The notes beneath the pieces were generated by a model. That model did no database searches and was not told where the DNA came from. It saw only the letters and a list, made by a program, of their open reading frames with translations. A DNA stretch of 64,000 nt from Acidobacteriota bacterium (GTDB taxonomy: Bacteria > Acidobacteriota > UBA6911): the NCBI GenBank assembly GCA_963664705.1, contig OY761556.1, forward strand, positions 2,368,001 through 2,432,000. The letters are read 5' to 3'. Both the position numbers and the translations under genes were made by a program. Each line of letters opens with the position of its first letter. Positions within the stretch are counted from its first letter, which is position 1. This document shows, piece by piece, positions 41,216 to 50,302 of the stretch.

Positions 41216-42244
41216 CTATCTGCCCAGAGAGGAAATACCGTCGGTCTCGCCGCTGATTTGCCCCAATTCGGCTTCAAGCTTGGCATTGACCTGGTTTTCC
41301 GCAAACTCTTTGGCAACGCGTATCGCATTTTTAATTGCGTTACTGCTGGATCGTCCATGGCAGATAATCGAAACGCCTCGAAGCCCCAACAATGGTGCTC
41401 CTCCATATTCGGAGTAATCAAGACGCTTTTTGAGCCGCTTGAAAGATCGCTGACTCAGCAAGGCGCCAAGCTTGGCCTGGAGATTCCTGGAAAGCTCATC
41501 CTTTAAAAGCTTTAGCACTGCTTCGATGAGTCCTTCGCTGGTCTTGAGCGCTACATTCCCGGTAAATCCGTCACAGACGATGACATCAGCCCGGCCATTG
41601 TAGATGTCCCGGCCTTCGACGTTGCCTATGAAGTTCAAGTGGAGCTGCTTCAGCGTCTTATGTACTTCCTTGGTAAGATCGTTCCCCTTGGACTCCTCCT
41701 CGCCAACCGACATGAGTCCCACCCGCGGAGAGGAAACGCCGACGATCTTTTTGCTGAACAAATGCCCCATGACCGCGAACTGAACCAAGTGATGCGGCTT
41801 GCAGGCAACATTCGCACCCACATCCAGCAAAACTGCATGTCCCGCCAGCGTAGGTAGAATGGCAGCCAGTGCGGGCCGATCCACGCCCGGAACGGCGCCA
41901 AACACCATTTTGGAAATCGCCATCACCGCCCCGGTATTGCCGGCGCTCACGAGACCGCTGGCGATCTTTTCCCGTACCAGGTCCGCCGCCACCCGAATGG
42001 ACGAATCCCTTTTCCTCCGAAGCGCCGCCGTGGGAAGCTCATCCATGGCGATCACCTGGGTTGCATTCCGGATCTCAATCGATAAGCCGTCACCACCTGC
42101 TTCCTTCAGGAGAGGAGTCAGCAAAGACTCCTTTCCCACAAGGATCACGTGTACGTCGTAGGCTTTTGCAGCCTGAACGGTTCCCTCAATTTCACTATAT
42201 GGGGAATTGTCGCTCCCCATTGCGTCGACGGCAATTTTAATCAT
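41216..42244 (-). CDS. plsX: phosphate acyltransferase PlsX
   Basis: IAVDAMGSD, SAGNTGA, CDGFTGNVALK, HGRS. Confidence 0.96.
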   Translation of the reverse strand: MIKIAVDAMGSDNSPYSEIEGTVQAAKAYDVHVILVGKESLLTPLLKEAGGDGLSIEIRNATQVIAMDELPTAALRRKRDSSIRVAADLVREKIASGLVSAGNTGAVMAISKMVFGAVPGVDRPALAAILPTLAGHAVLLDVGANVACKPHHLVQFAVMGHLFSKKIVGVSSPRVGLMSVGEEESKGNDLTKEVHKTLKQLHLNFIGNVEGRDIYNGRADVIVCDGFTGNVALKTSEGLIEAVLKLLKDELSRNLQAKLGALLSQRSFKRLKKRLDYSEYGGAPLLGLRGVSIICHGRSSSNAIKNAIRVAKEFAENQVNAKLEAELGQISGETDGISSLGR

Positions 42245-42289
42245 GTGAGCAAGGGACTTGAATAAGCTCGGCCAAGCAACCGGAACAGG

Positions 42290-42475
42290 TTAAATCTCTT
42301 CTTCGCCTTCCATTACCTGTCGACCCTTATAGAAGCCACACTTCGAACATGCTTGGTGCGGCGCTTTGGGTTCCAGGCACTGGGGGCATATGCTCGGATT
42401 CACAACCTGCAAAAAGTCATGCGCCCGTCTTTTTCCGCGGCGCGACTTGGAATGTCTCCTTTTCGGATTCGGCAT
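42290..42475 (-). CDS. rpmF: 50S ribosomal protein L32 (zinc-binding form)
   Basis: MPNPKRRHSKSR, CPQC...CSKC. Confidence 0.96.
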   Translation of the reverse strand: MPNPKRRHSKSRRGKRRAHDFLQVVNPSICPQCLEPKAPHQACSKCGFYKGRQVMEGEEEI

Positions 42476-42524
42476 GAACGCTGTTCTCCATCTTGTGGAA
42501 ATTAATCTTTACATCACCTGCGAC

Positions 42525-43061
42525 TCAATTTGTGTCCTTCTTCTTTTTCTGGAAATCCAGGAGAACGGACAATCGCGAGTCCGGAGCCTCATTCTGGCAG
42601 GAACAGGCTCCCTCATTCAGATCGGCTCCGCATTTATAACAGAGCCCCTTACAATCCTCGCTGCAAACAAACTGCATGGGCATCGCCAGTTCAATCTGCT
42701 CCAGCACCAGCAGATTCACATCAAAGGCTATGCCGTCATAATACGCAACTTCCATTTCTTCATATCGGAGTTCTATCTCTGCGTCATCATTCGTCCACTT
42801 CGGCTGCGGCAAATACGGCAAGTCGAACTTCGCGGTGATAGAGCGGGAAAACTCCTTTAAGCACCTGGAACACCGGAAACGAATCGCCGTTTCCACCGTT
42901 CCGTCCAAACAAAGATCGCGATCGCTGTGGCTGAGGACGAAATCGGCAGTTACCGGCCCGGCCAGCGTCGCATCTTCGTGAGAAAACTTAATTTCTCCAA
43001 CCGGGAAGACATGGCGGACATGAAGCGGCTCAGGTTTCAGGTCCTCAATTTCAATGAACAC
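42525..43061 (-). CDS. yceD: DUF177/YceD family protein
   Basis: CSRCL, CSEDCKGLCYKCGADLN; upstream of rpmF. Confidence 0.9.
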   Translation of the reverse strand: MFIEIEDLKPEPLHVRHVFPVGEIKFSHEDATLAGPVTADFVLSHSDRDLCLDGTVETAIRFRCSRCLKEFSRSITAKFDLPYLPQPKWTNDDAEIELRYEEMEVAYYDGIAFDVNLLVLEQIELAMPMQFVCSEDCKGLCYKCGADLNEGACSCQNEAPDSRLSVLLDFQKKKKDTN

Positions 43062-43089
43062 GGTAAAACTCCTACGTCCAGCGAGGGGG

Positions 43090-43118
43090 AAAATATATTA
43101 CGGGAAGTCCTTTGTCAA
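43090..43118 (-). promoter_or_regulatory. sigma70-type promoter of yceD-rpmF-plsX
   Basis: TTGACA-N17-TATTTT on the minus strand. Confidence 0.5.
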
Positions 43119-43220
43119 GGATAAAGCCCATGGAAATACAAGGACTTACAGCACCGAGTCGATTCCCGCGTGATCCCGGCTGCATTCAAAAAGTCCCTAA
43201 ATTCCATTCCCGGCAGTGGA

Positions 43221-43985
43221 TTATGGCTGTTGTCCAGGCTTGGCAGCTTTCTGCAGCTTCTCCAACTCCGCCATGACCCTCTGCTGTAGCTGATTGAGCT
43301 GTTGTCCCTGAGAACCGGCCTCACGAAGCACTTTTATTGCCTCATCCCGCTTCCCCTGTGCAACCAGAACCTTCGCCAGATCAATATTTAGATCCTCTTT
43401 GGGCAGATCACATTGCGAATCCCGCAACATCCCGTCAAGGATTTCCTTGGCGCCGCGATAGTTACCGGAACTGGTGTATTCCGTGGCAAGCGCCTTTTTG
43501 GCCAGATATCCAACCGTACGGTCCTTCGAATTGTTGGAAACAGCTTCGAGATTCTCCACCGCTTCCTTTTTCTGTCCCAATTGAAGCTGGCTGAGCCCAA
43601 GATAATATCGCGCTACCACCGATATCTTGGAATACCCAAACCCGGATACAATCGACGAAAATTCTTTGACCGCAGCCTGGTATTTAGCTGTTTCATTCTT
43701 GAAAGTCGGTACCGGCCCCTTTCCATAGGGATCAGCAGTCGCATCCGCAGCAATATCCCCATGGAAATAGCTCATGCCTTTCCACAGCATCTGCTGTGCT
43801 TCCCCCTGCCTGGAGTCAAGGTACTGCAATCCGCCATAAACACCGACCGCCAACAGAACGATCACTGCAGCAACAATGCCGACCTTCTTTCCGTTCATCT
43901 TAAAAAACTCGATCATATGAATCATCGATTCATGAACCGGGTCTTCGGCAAGTATTTCTTTTCGAGTAAGCTTGGTAGTGCCCAC
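43221..43985 (-). CDS. YfgM-like single-TM tetratricopeptide-repeat protein (start probably GTG 43985)
   Basis: KLTRKEI-x-ED N-terminus, one TM, TPR-like helices (ARYYLGLSQLQLGQKKEA); AAGGAAGG RBS. Confidence 0.7.
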   Translation of the reverse strand: MGTTKLTRKEILAEDPVHESMIHMIEFFKMNGKKVGIVAAVIVLLAVGVYGGLQYLDSRQGEAQQMLWKGMSYFHGDIAADATADPYGKGPVPTFKNETAKYQAAVKEFSSIVSGFGYSKISVVARYYLGLSQLQLGQKKEAVENLEAVSNNSKDRTVGYLAKKALATEYTSSGNYRGAKEILDGMLRDSQCDLPKEDLNIDLAKVLVAQGKRDEAIKVLREAGSQGQQLNQLQQRVMAELEKLQKAAKPGQQP

Positions 43986-44356
43986 GGGTACCTTCCTTGA
44001 ATGCAAATAAGCTTAGAAAAATAGCATACCTGGACACATCAAGCAATCATTAGATACAAAGAAGCCCTCTCGGCCCATTTACGCCTGGGATGCCAATCTG
44101 TACCCACGCCTCGCAGTTCCGAAGGCGCATGTATTTTAGTTATGAATTTCGAAGTCGGACCTGACGTATCCCTAAGGAAACCGGGGAGCATGCCTAGGGC
44201 TGGACAATGAAGGTCAGGACTGATTTTACCTCTGCTCCCAGAAACAGCATGAGAACGCAAGCGTAAGATGCTATGATACTCGGAATTTAGAACACATTCG
44301 GATTTTTGGGGGACTTCGAAGCGTGGGTGCGCACAAGATCCCTCAGGAGGGTGAGG

Positions 44357-45718
44357 ATGAAGAAGACTGTATATTTGACGCTTTTGTTTCTGAGCGCTGC
44401 TATCCTTCTTTCGATCGGTACTTCGATTGACAGCTCTCATGCAGCAGATAGCCCCCAGATTACCGTTGCCTACAGCGGCAATATGATCGCATACATGGAA
44501 CCGTGCGGCTGAGCGGACACGGGAGCACAGCTCGGAGGGCTGTATAAAAAAGCTGCGTATCTGGAACAGTACAGAAAAGACCATGGCGGCCTGGTAATCG
44601 TCGATTCCGGGGACATGTTCAGTGAAGACGAAGAACTGCCTGAGTCCGTTGAAAAATCTGCAAAGCTGAAGGCGGAAACGATCGCCCAGATCTATACAAA
44701 AATCGGGATCGACGCGGTGAACGTCGGCGAACTTGATCTGGTGCTGGGTGTTGAATACCTGAAGGGTCTGGCGAAAAAGCAGAACTTCCCACTTATTTCG
44801 GCCAACATGGTCGACAAAAAAGGGCTGCCTGTTTTCAAACGCTACGTCATCAAGAATGTCAACGGCAAGAATGTCGGTATCTTCGGCATAATCGGCGACA
44901 CTTCTGAGATGACGGCCAAAGTGACCGAGATCACCAAAGGCGCGGTCACGGTGACCGATCCTTTGAAGGCGGCTGAAGCCATCGTCAAAGAACTGAAGGG
45001 CAAAGTGGATTACATGATCGCCCTGACACATCAGGGCACGAATCGTGACTGGGTCATCGCCCGCAGAGTTCAGGGTATCGACCTCGTAGTTGGCGGTCAT
45101 GACAAGCAGAAGACCAAGGATCCTAATGAAGCCGATAAAACCCTGATCGTTCAGGCGGGAGAGAAGAACCAATACCAGGGCATGCTCCAAGTTGCCATGG
45201 ACGGAACGAAGAAATGGACCAACACTCTTCTTCCGATGGGAGACGACATCCCGAGTGATCCCAAAGTTAAACAGATGATCAGCGATTACAATGACAAGGT
45301 CGCCGCTCTGTACGGCGGAACCGGTGAAGCCAAACCGGCCGCAGCCTCAGTAACCCTGAGACTCAGCGTATGCGAACCCTGCCACGCAGATCAGGTTAAG
45401 GCCTGGAAGACATCTCCCCATGCCAAAGCCTATGATACGCTGGTCAAGAAGAATAAGAATTTTGACCCGAAGTGCCTCGCCTGCCATACGACTCGTTTCG
45501 AACAGCCTGATGGCTTCTCCATGAAGACGCAGCAGATGGAACTGGTCAACCTTCAGTGCGAATCCTGCCACGGCTATGCGAAGCAGCATCTTAGCGACGG
45601 CAAGCCGATCCCAACGCCGAAGCCCCCCGTGGCCGTTTGCGTAAAGTGCCACACCGCAGACCGTTGCCCGAACTTTGAGAAGGAGTTCAAGCAGCTGGTG
45701 GAGAAGATCAAGCACTAG
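44357..45718 (+). CDS. exported UshA-like selenoprotein fused to a tetraheme c-type cytochrome (453 aa, Sec at codon 52)
   Basis: ORFs 44306-44512 and 44615-45718 are in one frame separated only by TGA 44510-44512. Read-through gives EPCG-U-ADTGAQLGGLYKKAAYLEQYRKDHGGLVIVDSGDMF. Signal peptide; DSGD, LTH and GGH motifs; four CxxCH (CEPCH, CLACH, CESCH, CVKCH). Confidence 0.85.
44527..44543 (+). promoter_or_regulatory. candidate bacterial SECIS hairpin
   Basis: ACAGCTC-GGA-GGGCTGT stem-loop starting 15 nt after the UGA; G-containing apical loop about 21 nt from the UGA. Confidence 0.65.
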
Positions 45719-45722
45719 GGTA

Positions 45723-45750
45723 AGTCAGGAGTCAGAAGCAAGAAGCAAGA
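45723..45750. repeat. degenerate 7-bp tandem repeat x4 after the selenoprotein stop
   Basis: AGTCAGG AGTCAGA AGCAAGA AGCAAGA. Confidence 0.55.
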
Positions 45751-45783
45751 AGAGCCAGGGATTTCTCCCTGGCTCTTTTTTTT
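45751..45783 (+). terminator. rho-independent terminator (likely bidirectional)
   Basis: AGAGCCAGGG-ATTTCT-CCCTGGCTCT followed by T-run, between convergent genes. Confidence 0.85.
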
Positions 45784-45792
45784 GGGCCAATA

Positions 45793-47169
45793 CTATTTTC
45801 CTATCATGGCATGATGGCGCCGATACGGGCGAATGGTCAGCAGAAATACGAAAAACATCACGATCGAGGCGCTGCCAACTGTCAGCGAAAGAGACACTCC
45901 CAGCATCTGCTCGTTGTGGAACCAATAATCATTGAGCAATCCAGGGATGTACGGCCCCATGGTCAGCCCACCCAGATTGAGGAAAAACAAAAACAGAGCC
46001 GCGACCTGCCCTCTTACCTGGTTAGGGAATATCAGCTGCAGTGCGGCAACAGAAGTGCCCATGGGGAAGGAAAGTAGAAACATACCGACTGCCAGCAATG
46101 CCAGAGTCCAGCGAACGTCCGATACCAGCGTCGCCGGAGTCAAGAAACAGAAAATGCCTATCGCGCTGATCAGCGCGACCCTGATGGGGCCTTCTGCAAT
46201 GCCCCTTTTCTGCCAGCGGTCGCTCAAAAGGCCGCCGATATACATACCCGGGCAGGCAAAGACAATCATGATGATCGCCAGCGTCTTTCCGGTTTGTGTG
46301 GCCGTCCAGCCGTGGATTCTGGGAAGAAAGACCGGGACCCACGAACTGATTGCATAGTTGCAGGTGGATTGAAAAATCATCCCGACCGGAATACCGATCA
46401 CAGACTGCCACCGCAATCCCATTTGTCTGAAGGCTTCGGCAAAGCTGGTTTTGACTGGAACGCCTCCCGCCGCCATCAGCAGATTCCGGCGCAGAGGTTC
46501 CTTGATCGTGAAGACGAGCAGCGCAAACAACAAACCCGGCAATCCTACGATCAGGAATGTCACTCGCCATGATGCAATGGCGCCAAGCAACGGAACGCTG
46601 ATCGTCGGAATGCGGGCCAGGGCATCTACCGTCATGCCGCCAACCAGTAGGGCCAGGCTCGATCCCAGAAAAAGTCCAAAATAGAAAATGCTGATTGCCG
46701 TCCCGATGCGTTCTTTCGGGAAATAATCGGAAATGAGAGAATACGCGGCCGGGCTGAGCCCTGCTTCCCCAACTCCGACGCCAACTCGCGTCATAAACAA
46801 AGAATAGTAGCTCTTGGTTGCGGCACACAGGGCGGTAAAGGCGCTCCAGACAACGACGGAAACGGCAATAACATTGCGACGGCTGTAGGTATCCACCAGC
46901 CTTCCCAAGGGCAATCCCATCAATGTATAAAACAAGGCGAACGAAAAACCCTGCAGGAGGCCAATCAGGCTGTCGCTTACATGCAGGTCTCTTTTGATTA
47001 ACGGAACCAGGAGGCTCAGGATCTGCCGGTCCACAAAAGAAAGCATATACATACCGGTCAATATCGAAAGCACATACCAGGCATAACGAGTATTCGGCTT
47101 CCCTTCACTTCCACCGGAGTCCCTCTCGGATCCCGGAGCGGATGGCTCAGGCTGCACTGCAGTGGCCAT
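45793..47169 (-). CDS. MFS transporter, Spinster-like (start revised to ATG 47169)
   Basis: SFVDRQIL, GRLVDTYSRR motif A, RVGVGVGEAG, SDYFP; GGGAGG RBS. Confidence 0.9.
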   Translation of the reverse strand: MATAVQPEPSAPGSERDSGGSEGKPNTRYAWYVLSILTGMYMLSFVDRQILSLLVPLIKRDLHVSDSLIGLLQGFSFALFYTLMGLPLGRLVDTYSRRNVIAVSVVVWSAFTALCAATKSYYSLFMTRVGVGVGEAGLSPAAYSLISDYFPKERIGTAISIFYFGLFLGSSLALLVGGMTVDALARIPTISVPLLGAIASWRVTFLIVGLPGLLFALLVFTIKEPLRRNLLMAAGGVPVKTSFAEAFRQMGLRWQSVIGIPVGMIFQSTCNYAISSWVPVFLPRIHGWTATQTGKTLAIIMIVFACPGMYIGGLLSDRWQKRGIAEGPIRVALISAIGIFCFLTPATLVSDVRWTLALLAVGMFLLSFPMGTSVAALQLIFPNQVRGQVAALFLFFLNLGGLTMGPYIPGLLNDYWFHNEQMLGVSLSLTVGSASIVMFFVFLLTIRPYRRHHAMIGK

Positions 47170-47500
47170 TAAAACCTCCCTGTTACGCAGCGTTATTTGA
47201 TGTGCGGCCATGCTATCGAAAAACCGGCAGGGACGCCACCACTTTCCCGCTTTCCGAAGCGACTCGCACCTCCGTTTCACACAAATGAATGAATCCGTTG
47301 CCTGAGACTATCTTCGAGCGTTACACGCATGTTCAAAACATCCTGAATGCCGGCAAATTGTGATCCGTTTTAATTTGCGCTTCCGCTGAAATTTATGAAG
47401 GGACAACCATTTTTGGTGATATATTGCCCCTCGTGCGTTGCGGTCGATCCCTTGATCGCAGCTCGTTCTTCCCCATCAGCATGCACTAAGAGGAAATGAG

Positions 47501-48964
47501 ATGATCACAAAAGAAAACCTGTTGCAGATTGTAGGCAATGGTCAGGTGAGCCAGGAGCCCGCTGTCCTGGACGCCTACGCCAGGGATATGAGTTTTGTGA
47601 ACGCCATTAAGCCCCGCTATGTTGTAAAGCCTCAAAACGGTCAAATGGTGCAAAACCTGGTGAAACTGGCCAGCGAGACCGGAACACCCTTAGTCCCGGT
47701 CAGTTCCGGACCTCCGCATTTTCGGGGAGATACCGTCCCGAGTGTTGGAGGCGCAGTCGTCGTAGATCTGAGTGAGATGAAGAAAATCATTTTTGTCGAC
47801 CGCCCGCGCAGAGTCGCAATGGTTGAACCGGGCGTAACATTCGGCGAACTGATACCTGCAGTCGAAAAGGAAAATCTCCGGCTCAACATGCCGCTTCTGC
47901 CAAGAGGTTCGAAGTCTGTTGTGGCCAGCATTCTTGAACGAGAGCCCGTGGTGATGCCCAAATATCAATGGGATATGTCCGATCCATTGGCGTGTGCCGG
48001 TCTGTTCTTCGGCACCGGCGACGAATTCCGCACCGGGCAGGCTGCGGGACCTGGAACCATCGACGAACAATGGGAAGTGGGCGGCCTGCAAAAGGCGCCT
48101 TACGGACCCGGCACCGCATCGCTGCACCGTGTGATTCAGGGTGCACAGGGAACCATGGGAATTGTCACATGGGCTTCCATGCGCTGCGAAATACTCCCCA
48201 ATATTGAAGAAGGGTTCGTGGTTGGTGCCGCAAAGCCGGATGCCTTGCTCGAACTCACACACTGGCTCATACGGCTTCGCATCGTGAATGAATGCTTCAT
48301 ACTGAACAGCAGTGAGCTTGCCGCAATCTTTGCGAAAGATGCCAACGAATTCAAAGCCATTAAAGATACGCTGCCCGCGTGGACGCTCTTTTACGCCATC
48401 GCCGGTTATGAATGTCTGCCTGAAGAAAGAGTCAGCTCTTATATCAGGGACATCACGGATCTAACCCAGAGGTTGAACGTACAGGCACTCAAAGCGGTGG
48501 GAGCCATTTCGGCCAATGAAATTTTAAAAGTCGTAAAAAAGCCATCGGCAGAGCCGTACTGGAAGCTTCGCAATAAAGGTGCCAGCGAGGATATATTCTT
48601 TTTAACCATCAATGACAAGCTTGCGGATCAGATTGCGGTAATGGAGGATCTGGCCGATAAAGCGGGCTATCCCACATATCTCATGGGAACCTATATACAA
48701 CCGGTGGTCCAGGGCACCGGCTGTCATTGCGAATTTACGCTCTTCTACGATCCAACCAACCCCAATGAATACAACCGGGTCAAGGAGCTATCCGTCTCCG
48801 CCACCAAAGCCCTGATGGCCAAGGGGGCCTTTTTCTCGCGGCCTTACGGTGAGAATGCAGGAGTGGTTCTCAACCGCGACGCGGCCAATCTTTCCGTTCT
48901 GAACAAATTCAAAAAGATTTTTGATCCGAACAACATCATGAATCCGGGAAAACTGTGCTTCTAG
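47501..48964 (+). CDS. FAD-binding oxidoreductase (VAO/PCMH/GlcD superfamily)
   Basis: VVDLSEMKKI, VEPGVT, GAQGTMGIVT, FDPNNIMNPGK. Confidence 0.85.
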   Translation: MITKENLLQIVGNGQVSQEPAVLDAYARDMSFVNAIKPRYVVKPQNGQMVQNLVKLASETGTPLVPVSSGPPHFRGDTVPSVGGAVVVDLSEMKKIIFVDRPRRVAMVEPGVTFGELIPAVEKENLRLNMPLLPRGSKSVVASILEREPVVMPKYQWDMSDPLACAGLFFGTGDEFRTGQAAGPGTIDEQWEVGGLQKAPYGPGTASLHRVIQGAQGTMGIVTWASMRCEILPNIEEGFVVGAAKPDALLELTHWLIRLRIVNECFILNSSELAAIFAKDANEFKAIKDTLPAWTLFYAIAGYECLPEERVSSYIRDITDLTQRLNVQALKAVGAISANEILKVVKKPSAEPYWKLRNKGASEDIFFLTINDKLADQIAVMEDLADKAGYPTYLMGTYIQPVVQGTGCHCEFTLFYDPTNPNEYNRVKELSVSATKALMAKGAFFSRPYGENAGVVLNRDAANLSVLNKFKKIFDPNNIMNPGKLCF

Positions 48965-49018
48965 GAGAAGCCGAGCGAAGGAAAATTTACGACCCAAAGG
49001 AGATAGGAGGTTCCCATT

Positions 49019-50284
49019 ATGGGACTGGATCAATATAAAGGCGATATGGATATGTGCTGCCGGTGCTCCACCTGCAAATTCATACCTTTGCAACAGGTGA
49101 CCGGCTTCGAATACGCAAATGTTTGTCCCAGCATCTCAAAATATAACTTTCACAGTTACTCGGCGGGCGGCAGATTGAACATCGGCGCAGCGATGTTGAG
49201 GGATGGATTCACTTACTCAGACAAACTCCTTCACATCGTCTACAACTGCCAGATGTGCGGCGCCTGCGGCGTCTCCTGCAATTACGCAATGGATATGGAA
49301 GTCATACAACCGATCCAGGAATTCAGGATGAAATGCGTGGAGGACGAAAAAACCAATCCTGCACTCGATACCGTGATTGCCGGGCTCCGGAAGCAAGGAT
49401 CCATGGTGCCGCCAACCGGCAAACGTGGAGAATGGGCTGCCGGCCTCAAGATCAAAGATGCGACAAAGGAAAAAGTGGACGTGCTTTATCACGTTGGCTG
49501 CCTTACCAGCTTTGACAAAGACAAGCAAAAGCTGGCCAAGGCTACTGCAAAAATCCTCCAGAAAGCCGGAGTTGACTTCGGTATCGCCGGAGACGCGGAA
49601 CCATGCTGCGGTGGGCGTGCCTACCAGATGGGCTATAAGGAGGATTTTCTAAAACAGGCCCAGAAGAATATGGATCTGATAAAAAAGTCAGGCGCAACGA
49701 CTGTCGTAACATCGTGTGCCGACGGGTATCAGGCTTTTAAGGTCCTCTATGACCAGTACGGACTCAAGGGAGACCTCAAAGTACTCCATATCTCGGAATG
49801 CATCGATAGCCTGATTCAGAGCGGCAAGCTGAAACTCGAAAAGAAAGTGGATCTGTCGGTGACCTACCACGATCCCTGCCGGCTGGGAAGGCTGGGCGAG
49901 CCTTGGATCCATTGGGAGGGGAAAAAGATTCCAGGAGACAGATTCGTCTTTGATCCCCCCAAGACATACCGTAAGGGAACGTATGGCGTATACGATCCCC
50001 CACGTCGTGTTTTGAAAAGCATCCCGGGACTGAAGTTCACCGAGATGACCAGGATCAAGGAATACGCCTGGTGCTGCGGCGCCGGCGGCGGTGTCAACGA
50101 ATCCAATCCCGAATTTGCCAAGTGGACGGCAATGGAAAGAATCGAAGAGGCCGGCTCTACCGGTGCAGAGGCGATTGTTACCGCGTGTCCTTGGTGTGAA
50201 AAGACCTTCAATGAAGCCATTCAGAACAACCGCGGCAGTATGAAGGTCTACGACATTGTCGAACTTGTTGAGCAGGCTCTTTAA
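49019..50284 (+). CDS. Fe-S oxidoreductase with 2x[4Fe-4S] and two CCG domains (GlcF/HdrD-like)
   Basis: CCRCSTC, CQMCGACGVSC, PCCGG, YHDPCRLGR, WCCGAGGG, TACPWC. Confidence 0.9.
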   Translation: MGLDQYKGDMDMCCRCSTCKFIPLQQVTGFEYANVCPSISKYNFHSYSAGGRLNIGAAMLRDGFTYSDKLLHIVYNCQMCGACGVSCNYAMDMEVIQPIQEFRMKCVEDEKTNPALDTVIAGLRKQGSMVPPTGKRGEWAAGLKIKDATKEKVDVLYHVGCLTSFDKDKQKLAKATAKILQKAGVDFGIAGDAEPCCGGRAYQMGYKEDFLKQAQKNMDLIKKSGATTVVTSCADGYQAFKVLYDQYGLKGDLKVLHISECIDSLIQSGKLKLEKKVDLSVTYHDPCRLGRLGEPWIHWEGKKIPGDRFVFDPPKTYRKGTYGVYDPPRRVLKSIPGLKFTEMTRIKEYAWCCGAGGGVNESNPEFAKWTAMERIEEAGSTGAEAIVTACPWCEKTFNEAIQNNRGSMKVYDIVELVEQAL

Positions 50285-50302
50285 TTGGGAGGATAACCAG
50301 TC

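Noticed and set aside
44150-44225. Possible riboswitch upstream of the selenoprotein (CCTGAC...GTCAGG pairing)
   Set aside because: Could not match it to any riboswitch consensus by eye and the pairing is short; an Rfam scan would be needed.
44306-44512. 68-aa ORF as an independent small protein, or the locus as a nonsense pseudogene
   Set aside because: It is in frame with the downstream ORF, has a Cys-Gly-TGA context, a SECIS-like hairpin and intact motifs on both sides. Sec read-through explains it better.
44039-45190. 383-aa minus-strand ORF
   Set aside because: Antisense shadow of the selenoprotein gene; no recognisable motifs.
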